In this document: positions 1 to 9,414 of the stretch, in pieces
Position numbering within the stretch: position 1 is the first letter of the stretch
How the letters are laid out: each line of letters begins with the position of its first letter
Assembly (NCBI GenBank): GCA_030647095.1
Contig: JAUSKH010000063.1
Location: forward strand, 1 to 42,262
From: Nanobdellota archaeon
Lineage (GTDB): Archaea; Nanobdellota; Nanobdellia; Pacearchaeales; GW2011-AR1
Direction of reading: 5' to 3'
Length of the DNA: 42,262 nt
Translations under genes and position numbers: made by a program
Notes under the pieces: model-generated
The model's database searches: none
The model's input: only the letters and a program-made list of their open reading frames with translations
Told to the model about the DNA's origin: nothing

Positions 1-294
1 CAGTATGAAAAGAAACTCTCTTTAGTTGTTGAAGAATTAATTGATTTAGAGACGCAGAGGTTGTATGTACTTAAGTTTACTTCCGAGAGCAAAAGATTGA
101 AGTTAGAACGACAGAGAGTTACAGAGTTAATAAGGGAATTGCAAAGGGATTATTTGCAGAGAGGCAAACTAGAAACAAAATCTTATCAGTTAAAGCTTGA
201 AAGTTATACTAGGCGCTTAGGAGAAATTGATCAAAGGTTGGCTACGCTGGAAGCGAAGGCTGCTTTGAAGAACCTGGGGCAGGGGCTGAAGTAG
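1..294 (+). CDS. C-terminal part of a coiled-coil protein (5' end lies outside the window)
   Basis: Frame 1 is open from base 1 to the TAG at 292-294. The sequence is charged and Leu-rich with a heptad-like pattern (KLERQRVTELIRELQRDYLQRGKLE). No catalytic motif seen. Confidence 0.4.
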   Translation, partial: QYEKKLSLVVEELIDLETQRLYVLKFTSESKRLKLERQRVTELIRELQRDYLQRGKLETKSYQLKLESYTRRLGEIDQRLATLEAKAALKNLGQGLK

Positions 295-408
295 AATGAT
301 AGTTGAATTTTATAGAGAGTTTTGAAAGAAGGGAGAAACAGTAGTTATTCAAAGTCATCTATAGTGGTGGGTGGTAAATGTTAAATATCATGTTTTCTTT
401 GTGCGGGG

Positions 409-2121
409 ATGGGAGAGATGTATTATTCTGAGTTTGTAGATGTTTATGATAAATTATTTGCAACTACAAAAAGACTTGAAAAAGAGGCAATTTTAGCTGA
501 ATTTATAAAGACATTAGCTAAAAAAGATGAAAGTGAGTGGATATATTTATTAAAAGGTAAAATTTTTCCTGATTATGATGAAAGAGAGTTTGGTATTTCA
601 GGTCAATTAACTTTGAAGGCACTCGCTTTTGCATTTGGAGTTCCTGAAAATAAAGTAACTGAGATGTATCGGAAAGTTGGAGATTGGGGGCAAATTGCTG
701 AGGAGTTAGCCGATAAGAAAAGGCAGACAACATTATTTTCTTCTAAATTAATTGTTAAGAAGGTTTTTGAAAATTTGAGAAAGGTTGTTAGTATAGAGGG
801 TAAAGGAACTGTTTCTAGGAAAATAGAATTGATTGCAGAGCTTTTGGGAAACGCTTCTGGAAGAGAGGCTAAATATATTGTTAGAACTTTATTACAGGAT
901 TTGAGAATTGGAGTAGCTGATGCTTTATTGAGAGATTCTATTACAGATGCCTTTTATCATGATGATAAGAAGGAGATGGTATCTCTTGTTGGTGAGGCTT
1001 ACGATTTAGCTAATGATTTTGCAGTTGTTTTTGAAGCTGCGCAGAAAGGCAAGAAGGAATTAGAGAAAATAAGCATAATACCTGGAAAGCCAATAAATGC
1101 TATGCTTGCGATTAAGGTTGAAGATATAGATGAAGCTTTTGAGGTTTGTGGCGTGCCTGCTGCTGTAGAAGATAAGTATGATGGTTTTAGAGTTTTGATA
1201 CATAAGAATAAGGATAAAATCTGGCTTTTTACAAGACGTTTAGAAAATGTAACAAAACAGTTTCCTGATGTTGTTGAGGCTGTGAAAAAATATGTAAAAG
1301 GAGAGAGTTTTATTTTGGATTCTGAAGTAGTGGGGTATGATTCTAAGACTAAAATTTACCGACCTTTTGAGGCAATCAGCCAGAGAATAAAAAGAAAATA
1401 TGATATTGAAAAGATTGCAGGACAGTTACCTGTTGAGGTAAATGTTTTTGATGTGCTTTATTATCAAGGGGAAAGTTTTTTGAAGAAAGAATTTAAAGAA
1501 AGAAGAAAATTATTAGAAAAAATCATTAAGAATGAAAAATGGAAACTTGTTTCTGCTAGGCAAATAATTACTTCAAGTAAAGAGGAAGCTATGAGGTTTT
1601 ATGAGAATGCTTTAAGCAGAGGGGAAGAAGGAATAATGGTTAAGAAGCTGGATGCTCCCTATCAGCAGGGTAGGCGTGTGGGTTATATGGTAAAGTTGAA
1701 GCCAACTGTTAATGATTTGGACTTGGTTGTTATTGGAGCTGAATATGGAAGTGGAAAAAGAGGTGGAATGTTAACTAGTTATATTTTAGGCTGTCGTACT
1801 GAAAAAGATTTTGTGGAGGTTGGAAAAGTTTCTTCTGGATTTAAGGAAAAAGAATCAGAGGGTGTAACTTATGACCAAATTACTGAATTATTGAAGCCTT
1901 TGATTATTGAGGAAAAAGGAAATGTTGTGAGGGTTTCTCCTAAGATGGTTGTTTCAGTTACTTATCAGAATATACAGAAAAGTCCATCATATAGTTCTGG
2001 ATATGCTTTGCGGTTCCCTAGAATAAGCCATTATAGGCCTGATAGAGGAATAAAAGATATAGCTACTTTGAAGGATATTGAAAAAGAATTTGTGAGGATG
2101 CAGAGGAAGGCGGAGAAGTAG
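409..2121 (+). CDS. lig: ATP-dependent DNA ligase (archaeal/eukaryotic type)
   Basis: 570 aa. Adenylation motif I is EDKYDGFR (KxDG). Other ligase motifs seen: ILDSEVVG, EGIMVKK and YMVKLKP. The C-terminal OB region ends in RFPR. Confidence 0.95.
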   Translation: MGEMYYSEFVDVYDKLFATTKRLEKEAILAEFIKTLAKKDESEWIYLLKGKIFPDYDEREFGISGQLTLKALAFAFGVPENKVTEMYRKVGDWGQIAEELADKKRQTTLFSSKLIVKKVFENLRKVVSIEGKGTVSRKIELIAELLGNASGREAKYIVRTLLQDLRIGVADALLRDSITDAFYHDDKKEMVSLVGEAYDLANDFAVVFEAAQKGKKELEKISIIPGKPINAMLAIKVEDIDEAFEVCGVPAAVEDKYDGFRVLIHKNKDKIWLFTRRLENVTKQFPDVVEAVKKYVKGESFILDSEVVGYDSKTKIYRPFEAISQRIKRKYDIEKIAGQLPVEVNVFDVLYYQGESFLKKEFKERRKLLEKIIKNEKWKLVSARQIITSSKEEAMRFYENALSRGEEGIMVKKLDAPYQQGRRVGYMVKLKPTVNDLDLVVIGAEYGSGKRGGMLTSYILGCRTEKDFVEVGKVSSGFKEKESEGVTYDQITELLKPLIIEEKGNVVRVSPKMVVSVTYQNIQKSPSYSSGYALRFPRISHYRPDRGIKDIATLKDIEKEFVRMQRKAEK

Positions 2122-2314
2122 ATAACTTTATATGTATTATATTTTATTATGCAGGATGATCAAGAAAAGGTTGGAAGATATTAAGCAGTTCATGAGCATT
2201 AAGCCATTTGATTTTGGAGAAGGAGTGAAAAACTAGTATGGAAGTAGACGAAATAGTTTATAGGTACAAGAGAGTTGCTAAAATTAAGGGGAAAATGAAG
2301 GAGGGAGTTATCCT

Positions 2315-2545
2315 TTATAATAAATCTAAGAGCTGTTCAAGTGTCACATCTGTTTGTCGCATAATGCTTTTTAGCGTTCCTTTTGCAAGTTCTTTATGAA
2401 GCGGTACAGGAACTGTTATTTTTCCTTTAATTGGATCTTGTTTAGTGAGAATTGCATGACTTCCATGAGTTCTTATATGATTAAAACCAATCTTTGAGAG
2501 CGCTTTAACAACATCTTTACCCGAGACTATGGGCAATTTTGGCAT
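2315..2545 (-). CDS. hicA: HicA-family mRNA interferase toxin
   Basis: 76 aa. PKLPIVSGKDVVKALSKIGFNHIRTHGSHAIL is a typical HicA/YcfA signature. The gene overlaps the upstream HicB-like gene. Confidence 0.8.
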   Translation of the reverse strand: MPKLPIVSGKDVVKALSKIGFNHIRTHGSHAILTKQDPIKGKITVPVPLHKELAKGTLKSIMRQTDVTLEQLLDLL

Positions 2546-2786
2546 CTCTTTTTACCTCGATTACTGAAAATAAAGAAGGTTCTTCTGTAAGACCCAATTC
2601 ATCATATTTTTCTGGTTGCTCTTCTAAATATAATTCTATCGCTTCCTTTATGTTTTTAAGGGCTTCTTCCGTTGTTAATCCCTGACTTGCTATTCCCAGA
2701 CTTGTGCAGTGTGCGACAAATACTTTCTCTTCGGTGCTTAAATGCTCCTTATTAATAACAATATCAGCAAAGTATTTTCTTTCCAT
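2517..2786 (-). CDS. hicB: HicB-family antitoxin (UPF0150-type)
   Basis: FVAHCTSLGIASQGLTTEEALKNIKEAIELYLEE matches the HicB N-terminal fold signature. I place the start at the internal Met (MERKYFADIV) rather than the track start at 2846. The 3' end overlaps hicA by 29 nt. Confidence 0.7.
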   Translation of the reverse strand: MERKYFADIVINKEHLSTEEKVFVAHCTSLGIASQGLTTEEALKNIKEAIELYLEEQPEKYDELGLTEEPSLFSVIEVKRDAKIAHSLG

Positions 2787-2874
2787 AAAGATACATAATG
2801 CTGAGCTTTTTAATACTTTCTTTCTATTATGAAAGAGATTATTCATTATAATTAAATATTTAGGTGATTTTTAA

Positions 2875-3495
2875 TCATTCTTCTTCTGGGAGTTCATCTA
2901 ATTCTATATTATCGCCTGTTATCTCGTCTTTTTCTGAGCCTATAGGGGAAGATTTGGATAGAGAATATTTATGTGATGGACGAGTAGGGAAAATATCTTT
3001 TTTATCGGATTGAGGAAGAGATTGAAGACTTGGAGCAGGAGTTGCTTTTGCAAAATTCTTCCCATCTTTCCTTAGATTTACTCCAAATACATCTTGTATT
3101 TTATTTACTAAGATGAAATCATCACTAGGAAGAGTTCCATATTCAATGGCTTTTATGGAAGATTCTGATTCATGAATCATTAAAGATAGTTGCTTTCTTG
3201 ATAAGTTCCTTTTTAGTCTTTCTTTCTTAATATACCAGTGGAAATTATCAATTAGTTCAGAAGCCACATTATTTCCTTTCCATTTAATAGGTGTATGGAA
3301 GTTGGTAAGAAGTTCTTCTTTTTCTTTATTTGCTTTTTGTTTTGCCTTCATTTTACCTATATTCTCAACATTCTCTTTTAGTTGGAATATTCTTGACTTT
3401 TTAATTATAGGAAGGCCTTCTTCTTTAGCAAACGATTCTGGAACTCTTACAATACGCCCTTCATAAATAACTTCTACTTTTTTATCTTCGTCCAT
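2875..3495 (-). CDS. XRE-type helix-turn-helix domain protein
   Basis: The central segment RLKRNLSRKQLSLMIHESESSIKAIEYGTLPSD looks like a Cro/C1-type HTH. The C-terminal tail is acidic. No other domain recognised. Confidence 0.55.
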   Translation of the reverse strand: MDEDKKVEVIYEGRIVRVPESFAKEEGLPIIKKSRIFQLKENVENIGKMKAKQKANKEKEELLTNFHTPIKWKGNNVASELIDNFHWYIKKERLKRNLSRKQLSLMIHESESSIKAIEYGTLPSDDFILVNKIQDVFGVNLRKDGKNFAKATPAPSLQSLPQSDKKDIFPTRPSHKYSLSKSSPIGSEKDEITGDNIELDELPEEE

Positions 3496-3677
3496 AAGTG
3501 AAATAGGTGTATTAGTGGTTTTTATTCTTTGTGGAGGTGAAGTAGATACTTTATTACGGGTTTTAAGAGCTTTTAGGCTATTTTCTGGTTAAACTTTGGA
3601 AAAATAAGTTTAGTTACACATTCTAAATTTGAATTAGAATATCTTTATAAGTTTCTGTTTTGTTAGAATTATATAGA

Positions 3678-4085
3678 ATGATAAAAATATTAAATTTTCA
3701 TGTGACTGAGGAATTTATTAAATTTGTAGCGGTTGGGGTTGTAAACACGGTTATTAACTTATTTGTTCTTTATATTTTAACAGAGTTTTTTTCGGTGTGG
3801 TATATTCTATCTTCACTTTTAGCTTTTTTATTAGCTGTAACTAACAGTTTTATAATGAACACTATATGGACTTTTAAGAGTAATATTAAACATAAGACTG
3901 CAATTAGATATACTAAATTTTTTATAGTTAGTATTATAACGGCATTATTTAATTTACTTTTCCTTTATGTTTTTACCGAATTTGTTGGTTTATGGTATAT
4001 GTTATCACAACTTATAGCAATTGCGTTAACCTTAATGATAAATTTTGTTGGAAATAAATTCTGGACTTATAAGGAAAAGGAATAA
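3678..4085 (+). CDS. GtrA-family membrane protein
   Basis: Four predicted TM helices. FIKFVAVGVVNTVINLFVLYILTEF and the C-terminal NFVGNKFWTY are GtrA-like signatures. The ATG at 3678 is preferred over the TTG at 3660. Confidence 0.8.
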   Translation: MIKILNFHVTEEFIKFVAVGVVNTVINLFVLYILTEFFSVWYILSSLLAFLLAVTNSFIMNTIWTFKSNIKHKTAIRYTKFFIVSIITALFNLLFLYVFTEFVGLWYMLSQLIAIALTLMINFVGNKFWTYKEKE

Positions 4086-4109
4086 AAACTATTTGTTGAT
4101 CAGTTATAG

Positions 4110-4230
4110 TTATGTCAAGATACTTGACAGAAAACTCCATACTTTAGTGTGGAGTAGTATCTTGAGCATCCAAAAGTCCTGAACAAACCTCGGCTTTTAA
4201 GCTGAGGTACACGCAAGGACTTTTTGATTT
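4110..4230 (+). repeat. Structured intergenic repeat, copy A (full length)
   Basis: Contains palindrome TGTCAAG-ATA-CTTGACA (4113-4129) and hairpin CTCCATA/TGTGGAG (4135-4154), the latter enclosed by CAAGATACT/AGTATCTTG (4116-4124/4156-4164). The core GAACAAACC-[CCTCGGC TTTTAA GCTGAGG]-TACACGCAAGGACTTTTTGATTT spans 4181-4230. Related copies lie at 11886-12008 and 33212-33303. Confidence 0.75.
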
Positions 4231-5632
4231 AGTGGATTTTTTTGAATATGGCATAAGTGCATCTGCCATTGTTATTTAGGTATGAAGAATTATAATTAAG
4301 ATTGTTGATTTCTTTTATATGAGAAGAACGATTTTGGTAGCAGGAAAAGTAAAATATACAGTCAGGTTTTTCTTTTAAGACACTAGCTGTAGTCCATTTT
4401 TCATTATATTCTTGGTAAGGATTTAATACTTTATAATTAATTGCACTACGGGCATCTGATGTAAGAACCTCTTTACAGCTTATTTCTATGTGAGGATTGA
4501 TAAAGAATTTTTGATAATCTACTTCGTCATATCTGATAAAGAAAGTTATTAAAATAACGGCTGGAATAAGAATATAAAATAATAAAATAAGGCTAATAAG
4601 TTTTTTAGTTTTTATTTTTGAGAGACCGTATGCCGCAAATATAGCTATAAATGGGAAAATTGGTAAAAGATACCTTTCTTGTTTTAAGTAAAAAATCTGA
4701 AAGAATATAAAAAATGTAATTAGGGGAGCAATGAGAAAGATTACTTTTTCTTTTACTAACGACTTTTCTTTAAGCATAAAATAGATTCCTAAGATTGCGA
4801 ATGGAATTAGGACATTTAAGAAGAGTAGAAGGGTATTGATGTATATCCAAGGAGTGTTTTTTAGTATGAGTTCTGGACCTGGGTACGCTTTTAAATCATA
4901 AGTATGACCTAAATTATCTTTATAGAAATTTTGAGAGAGGTTAAAAAGATATAAAGGATTGCCTGAGACTAGGTAATTAACTATAAAAAAAGGAGATATA
5001 AAAAGTATAACAGATAAGTTAAATATTATAATATTTTTAAGATTTCGTTCTTTTAGGTAATTTATTATTAGAAAAATATTTAGTATAGGAACTATTAAGG
5101 CATTTGGATATTTTGTAAGGAAAGCTAAAGCACAAAAAAGTGCAGAAAGGATAAGATACGATGAGGAGTGGCTTTTTGTGAATTTGACCATAAAAAATAT
5201 TGCTAATAAAATTGTTAAGAGAGAGAGCATTTCTGTATAAATTCTAAACATGAATAGAAAGAATAATGCATTTGAAAATAAGATTATTGTAGATATTATT
5301 GCGGTTTTATCATTTAAGAACTCTTTTGATATGAGGTAGGTTATATAAAGAGATAATAATGATAATGAAAGAATAAACAACTTTCCAAATATGGCTGGAT
5401 TGAGACCGATTTTCCATGCAAGACCGAGAATTAAAGGAAAAAAAGGAGGTCGCATATATTCAAAAATTCCCAATTGTCCGTGAGAAAAAAGGTATTTTCC
5501 AAAACCAATGTATGCTGCTTCATCCCACCAGATGTCTTTGAATTGATTAAAAACAATTGCGAAGATAATATAAATTGCAATGAAAACAAGAAGCAAGGAG
5601 AGAATTTTACTGGAGGGCTTTTTCAATTTCAT
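4229..5632 (-). CDS. GT-C fold membrane glycosyltransferase (PMT_2/ArnT-like, GT39/83 type)
   Basis: 467 aa and polytopic. A DE motif sits in the first loop (WWDEAAYIGFGKY), as in dolichyl/undecaprenyl-phosphate-sugar dependent transferases. Confidence 0.7.
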   Translation of the reverse strand: MKLKKPSSKILSLLLVFIAIYIIFAIVFNQFKDIWWDEAAYIGFGKYLFSHGQLGIFEYMRPPFFPLILGLAWKIGLNPAIFGKLFILSLSLLSLYITYLISKEFLNDKTAIISTIILFSNALFFLFMFRIYTEMLSLLTILLAIFFMVKFTKSHSSSYLILSALFCALAFLTKYPNALIVPILNIFLIINYLKERNLKNIIIFNLSVILFISPFFIVNYLVSGNPLYLFNLSQNFYKDNLGHTYDLKAYPGPELILKNTPWIYINTLLLFLNVLIPFAILGIYFMLKEKSLVKEKVIFLIAPLITFFIFFQIFYLKQERYLLPIFPFIAIFAAYGLSKIKTKKLISLILLFYILIPAVILITFFIRYDEVDYQKFFINPHIEISCKEVLTSDARSAINYKVLNPYQEYNEKWTTASVLKEKPDCIFYFSCYQNRSSHIKEINNLNYNSSYLNNNGRCTYAIFKKIH

Positions 5633-6272
5633 TTCTGTTCATAAATCCCCCGTATGATTTTCCATTTATGACTAAGTGGGGTAGAGATGAAATGTTGTAA
5701 GTTCCTGTTAGATAATCAGTTATATTGTTTTTACTTGACATATCAAATGTAAATATTCTTACTTTTTCATTATGGACATTGTAAATAGTATCTAGCACAT
5801 AACCTTGCTGTTCGCTTAGTTGATAGTCGCCACGAGGGTCGTTTTTGTTATTTGTGTAGAAGAATAGGATTATATTCCAGTTGTAATCACAATGAGCTTT
5901 AGTTTCTTCTGTAATATTTAGTATTTTTATTTGTATTTTATTATACGTGTCTTTTTGTTCCATGACTTTTTCGTCATTCTTTCCCAGTCTTGTCTCTAGC
6001 CTAGAGAGTATTTCTCCTATTTCTACTTTTTCTTTCCATACATCTTCCCATTTGAGATCACAATAACTTACGTTTTGTTTATTGATATTTGCTGTTTTTA
6101 AAATGAATAAGTCAAAAAGACTTCCAATTACTTTTTGAGAGGTCTTTATTTCATCTAATTTTTTGTAAGCTAGATAGTCTCCAACCAGAATACCTGATAA
6201 AAAGAGCAAAGCTGCTAAAACCACAGCCATCATGAAAATATTGAGATTCACCTTTCTTTTTATAGATTCCAT
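5607..6272 (-). CDS. N-terminally membrane-anchored hypothetical protein
   Basis: One N-terminal TM helix. The C-terminal half has a thioredoxin-like feel (IILFFYTNN ... LPHLVINGKSYGG) but lacks a CxxC. It sits in an operon between GT2 and the GT-C transferase. Confidence 0.45.
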   Translation of the reverse strand: MESIKRKVNLNIFMMAVVLAALLFLSGILVGDYLAYKKLDEIKTSQKVIGSLFDLFILKTANINKQNVSYCDLKWEDVWKEKVEIGEILSRLETRLGKNDEKVMEQKDTYNKIQIKILNITEETKAHCDYNWNIILFFYTNNKNDPRGDYQLSEQQGYVLDTIYNVHNEKVRIFTFDMSSKNNITDYLTGTYNISSLPHLVINGKSYGGFMNRNEIEKALQ

Positions 6273-6309
6273 AGGATGTGTTGTTTTATACTTTATTTAA
6301 GTTTAAGTG

Positions 6310-7530
6310 TTACCATTTTGGTTTTTTGTTTACTATAAAGTAAGCAAGAGTTATCACATAAACGAATGCCAAAATCCATAAATAGAAAAGTATGGTAAAT
6401 GCATAATCTTTTAGCTTCATTTTTTCTTTGAATTCCCATTTAGTTAAATAAAAGGTTATTAGACCTATAAAAATAGACATAATCAATAAAACAATTTTCA
6501 ATTCTGTAATTTCAATTAGTATCTTAGTAATATCTATAGAGACCGAAGGCAACCACCCCAGAATAAGAAGTTGGATATGTTTTACTATCCAAGAAAGAGC
6601 TATGTATACCTGTAATAAAAGCGAGAAAGATACTATCAAGATACTAATAAAACCAAAAGGCAGGAAAAATATTCCTAGGTCACCATATTTTTTACTGAAG
6701 AATAAATGTTTGTATTTCTTATAGTTATAGAATGTTCCGTAAGCCCATCTTACTCTTTGTTTTATTAATTTCTTTAGTGTATCTGGGACGATAGTTGACG
6801 CATAGGAATGTGAGACGTATCCTACATTGTAATGGTTGCTTTGAATTCTTAAACCCATTTCAAGATCTTCTGTTAGATTATTTGTATCAAAGTAGCCATG
6901 CTTTTTGAAAAATTCTCTCCTGAATATAGTAAATGCAGGAGCTACTGGAAGAGAGTTCGCATTGCTCATTATTGTTCTATAGAATCCTGCTAAAGTATAT
7001 TCTACATACTGCATTCTTTCTATTATTTTTCTATTATTCAGAGGTCTTAAACGAGAAGTTACAGCCATTGTAATATTGTCTGAGAAAAGAGGCATGGCTT
7101 TTTCCAGCATATCTTCTTTTAATAGTGTATCAGAATCAAGCACAGCTATTAGTTCTGTTTTTGCTTGTTTTATACCTGCATTTAGACTATCTGCTTTTCC
7201 TGTATTCTTTTTATTTATAACTTCTATTCTAGCGTATTGTTTTTCCAGTTTTTTTGCTACAGCAAGAGTATTGTCTGTTGAACCATCATTTACTATTATT
7301 ATTTGGATTTTATCTTGTGGATATTTTGTATTTTTTATAGAACTTACAGTCTTTTGTAATATCTCCTCACAATTATAAGAGGGAATAATAAAAGTTATCT
7401 CATAGTCTTTACTTTTTTGAGTGCTTTGTTTTTTTTGTGATATATAAAATATCAATAAGAAAAAAGCTATTAAAAATTCTATGAAAAATACAAAATATAC
7501 TGTGATCGGAGGCACTTCCCACATGTTCAC
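6310..7530 (-). CDS. Family 2 glycosyltransferase, processive synthase type
   Basis: Motifs DGSTDNT, VLDSDT and QRVRW (QxxRW), flanked by TM helices at the N- and C-termini. Confidence 0.85.
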   Translation of the reverse strand: MNMWEVPPITVYFVFFIEFLIAFFLLIFYISQKKQSTQKSKDYEITFIIPSYNCEEILQKTVSSIKNTKYPQDKIQIIIVNDGSTDNTLAVAKKLEKQYARIEVINKKNTGKADSLNAGIKQAKTELIAVLDSDTLLKEDMLEKAMPLFSDNITMAVTSRLRPLNNRKIIERMQYVEYTLAGFYRTIMSNANSLPVAPAFTIFRREFFKKHGYFDTNNLTEDLEMGLRIQSNHYNVGYVSHSYASTIVPDTLKKLIKQRVRWAYGTFYNYKKYKHLFFSKKYGDLGIFFLPFGFISILIVSFSLLLQVYIALSWIVKHIQLLILGWLPSVSIDITKILIEITELKIVLLIMSIFIGLITFYLTKWEFKEKMKLKDYAFTILFYLWILAFVYVITLAYFIVNKKPKW

Positions 7531-8051
7531 TCAGATATTTTTTCTCCCTTTATAAGATGGAAATATTCATAGAATTTTTCGCTTAATGTTAATTCTGCTG
7601 TATGACCTGTCTTTTTTTTGTTAACAAGACCTAGCTCTACAAAATGTTTAATATGATCGTAGCCTTTATTACCTCTGATTTTAATTAATACTGATTGTTT
7701 CATTGGTTGTTTGTAGGCAATCATTGCGAGTGTTTCCTGTTCTGCTTTTGTGAACTCTGTACTACCTGTTGCGAGTTTATTTACCATCCAAATAAAATCT
7801 TCTGATACATCCATTTTCCAGAGATTATCTTGCTGTATTACTGATATGCCTGCATCTTTGTATTTATCCTGTAAGTCTGCAAGAGATTTTTTAAGAATAA
7901 TAGGATTTACATCTGTTAATGCAACCAGTTCTTGAATAGTCATAAAACGCCCTGAAATAAAGAGGGCTGCTTCCACTTTCCTTAAACTTTCTATTTCTAT
8001 CTCTGCGTCCAGTTCTTCAATATTTTCTTTCGTTATATGTGGAGAGGTCAT
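7527..8051 (-). CDS. scpB: Segregation and condensation protein B (ScpB)
   Basis: EAALFISGRFMTIQELV and ETLAMIAYKQPMKQSVLIKIRGNKGYDHIKHFVELGLV form the tandem winged-helix ScpB pattern. Confidence 0.8.
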   Translation of the reverse strand: MTSPHITKENIEELDAEIEIESLRKVEAALFISGRFMTIQELVALTDVNPIILKKSLADLQDKYKDAGISVIQQDNLWKMDVSEDFIWMVNKLATGSTEFTKAEQETLAMIAYKQPMKQSVLIKIRGNKGYDHIKHFVELGLVNKKKTGHTAELTLSEKFYEYFHLIKGEKISE

Positions 8052-8095
8052 AAATAGCTATCGAATAGGGAGTTTAAAAATTATTTGTGTGATGG

Positions 8096-8707
8096 TTAAC
8101 CTAAATAGAATATTAAAAGAGCCTCTATAATTGCTGCTATTATAAGAAGAGGGATTACTATCATCAGGAAAACGTTGATAGAATTATAAAAGCGCCTTTT
8201 GAGTTCTTTTGGTTTATCTGCTTTTTTGGAGAAAATTGTAGCTCCTAGTTTTAGGCCTAAACCTAGGGCGATGAATACAGCAGGTATTTCAAATATACCG
8301 TGTGGAAAGAGTCTCCAGATAATAGAATATCCTTCTAAACTTATAACTTTGTTTAATACGTACCCTAAAACTGCACCATTCATTATTATATTCAAGACAG
8401 TGGGAATTCCTAGTAAAATACCTAATATTAAGCCATATAGGGTGCTTTGTATATTATTTTGAAGAATAAAGAAAATCATTTCAAGAGGATTAAGTCCTTG
8501 TGTTTTTTCTATTAATTGTTTTAAGAAGTTATCAAGAAATGTAAGATGAATGGCATAGAAATATCCGAACAAAACACTTAGAATAAACAAGATAATAACT
8601 ACATAAAAATAGGAAATAGATTCTTTTAGATATGATTTTGCTTCTTTGAACTGAGTTGAAATAGATAGTGGAGGACTCTTTTTTAGTTTAAGTGCTTTTT
8701 TTACCAT
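8096..8707 (-). CDS. SpoIIM/DUF95-like membrane protein
   Basis: Polytopic, with FPHGIFEIPAVFIALGLG typical of the SpoIIM family. Confidence 0.65.
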   Translation of the reverse strand: MVKKALKLKKSPPLSISTQFKEAKSYLKESISYFYVVIILFILSVLFGYFYAIHLTFLDNFLKQLIEKTQGLNPLEMIFFILQNNIQSTLYGLILGILLGIPTVLNIIMNGAVLGYVLNKVISLEGYSIIWRLFPHGIFEIPAVFIALGLGLKLGATIFSKKADKPKELKRRFYNSINVFLMIVIPLLIIAAIIEALLIFYLG

Positions 8708-9414
8708 TATCTGAACATTTTTTGAAGAAGATTTACCTTCTTTTTGTATTTAGTTCTAAGATATAAACCATATACAAGGCCAGCTATAAATCCGCCGAAA
8801 TGTGCCACGTTTCCAATTGGCCAACCTGCAAGTATAGAAATAATCCATACTCCAAATAACGCTAGCGGAATCATGATATAAGCCGGAAGAGAGAAGAAAG
8901 GAAGAAATATTATCATGAAACGTAAGTGGGGAAGAAGCAATACGTAAAGACCTGCTATGGCAAAAATAGCACCAGAGGCTCCAACCATGTAGATATCGGG
9001 CTGGCCAAAAATACGAGCTCCTAAAGAAGTATTTCCAAATAATCCAGAGAGCGCTACTGAAAGTATTCCTGCGAATACACCTGAAATGAGATAAAACCAG
9101 AAGAAGCGTTTTCTTCCTATAATCTTTTCACATAAACTTCCTAAGGAGAAAAGTACAAACATATTAATGAGAAGATGGAACGCTCCTGCATGTATGAATA
9201 TATGGGTAACAAGAGTCCAAAGGTATTTTCCTTGAATAATATTGCTTGGCATAAGTGCAAAATAGTTTATAGAATCTGGATAAACTTTTGTAAGTATGAA
9301 ACCTGTAATGGATATTATAGTCGTCACTATTATTAGCCATATAACTATTGAGAGTTCCTTGAGCCTTGTTCCAAAGCTCTTCTTATTGCCTATTCCATAG
9401 GTGTAAGAATTCAT
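8707..9414 (-). CDS. Rhomboid-family intramembrane serine protease
   Basis: HIFIHAGAFHLLINM (HxxxN) and GASGAIFAI (GxSG), plus a downstream His (NVAHFGGF), in a 6-7 TM protein. Confidence 0.85.
   Translation of the reverse strand: MNSYTYGIGNKKSFGTRLKELSIVIWLIIVTTIISITGFILTKVYPDSINYFALMPSNIIQGKYLWTLVTHIFIHAGAFHLLINMFVLFSLGSLCEKIIGRKRFFWFYLISGVFAGILSVALSGLFGNTSLGARIFGQPDIYMVGASGAIFAIAGLYVLLLPHLRFMIIFLPFFSLPAYIMIPLALFGVWIISILAGWPIGNVAHFGGFIAGLVYGLYLRTKYKKKVNLLQKMFR

Noticed and set aside
2122-2314. Small ORFs in the lig-hicA spacer, for example MIKKRLEDIKQFMSIKPFDFGEGVKN*.
   Set aside because: They are under 30 codons, have no RBS or TATA context that I can support, and have no recognisable similarity.
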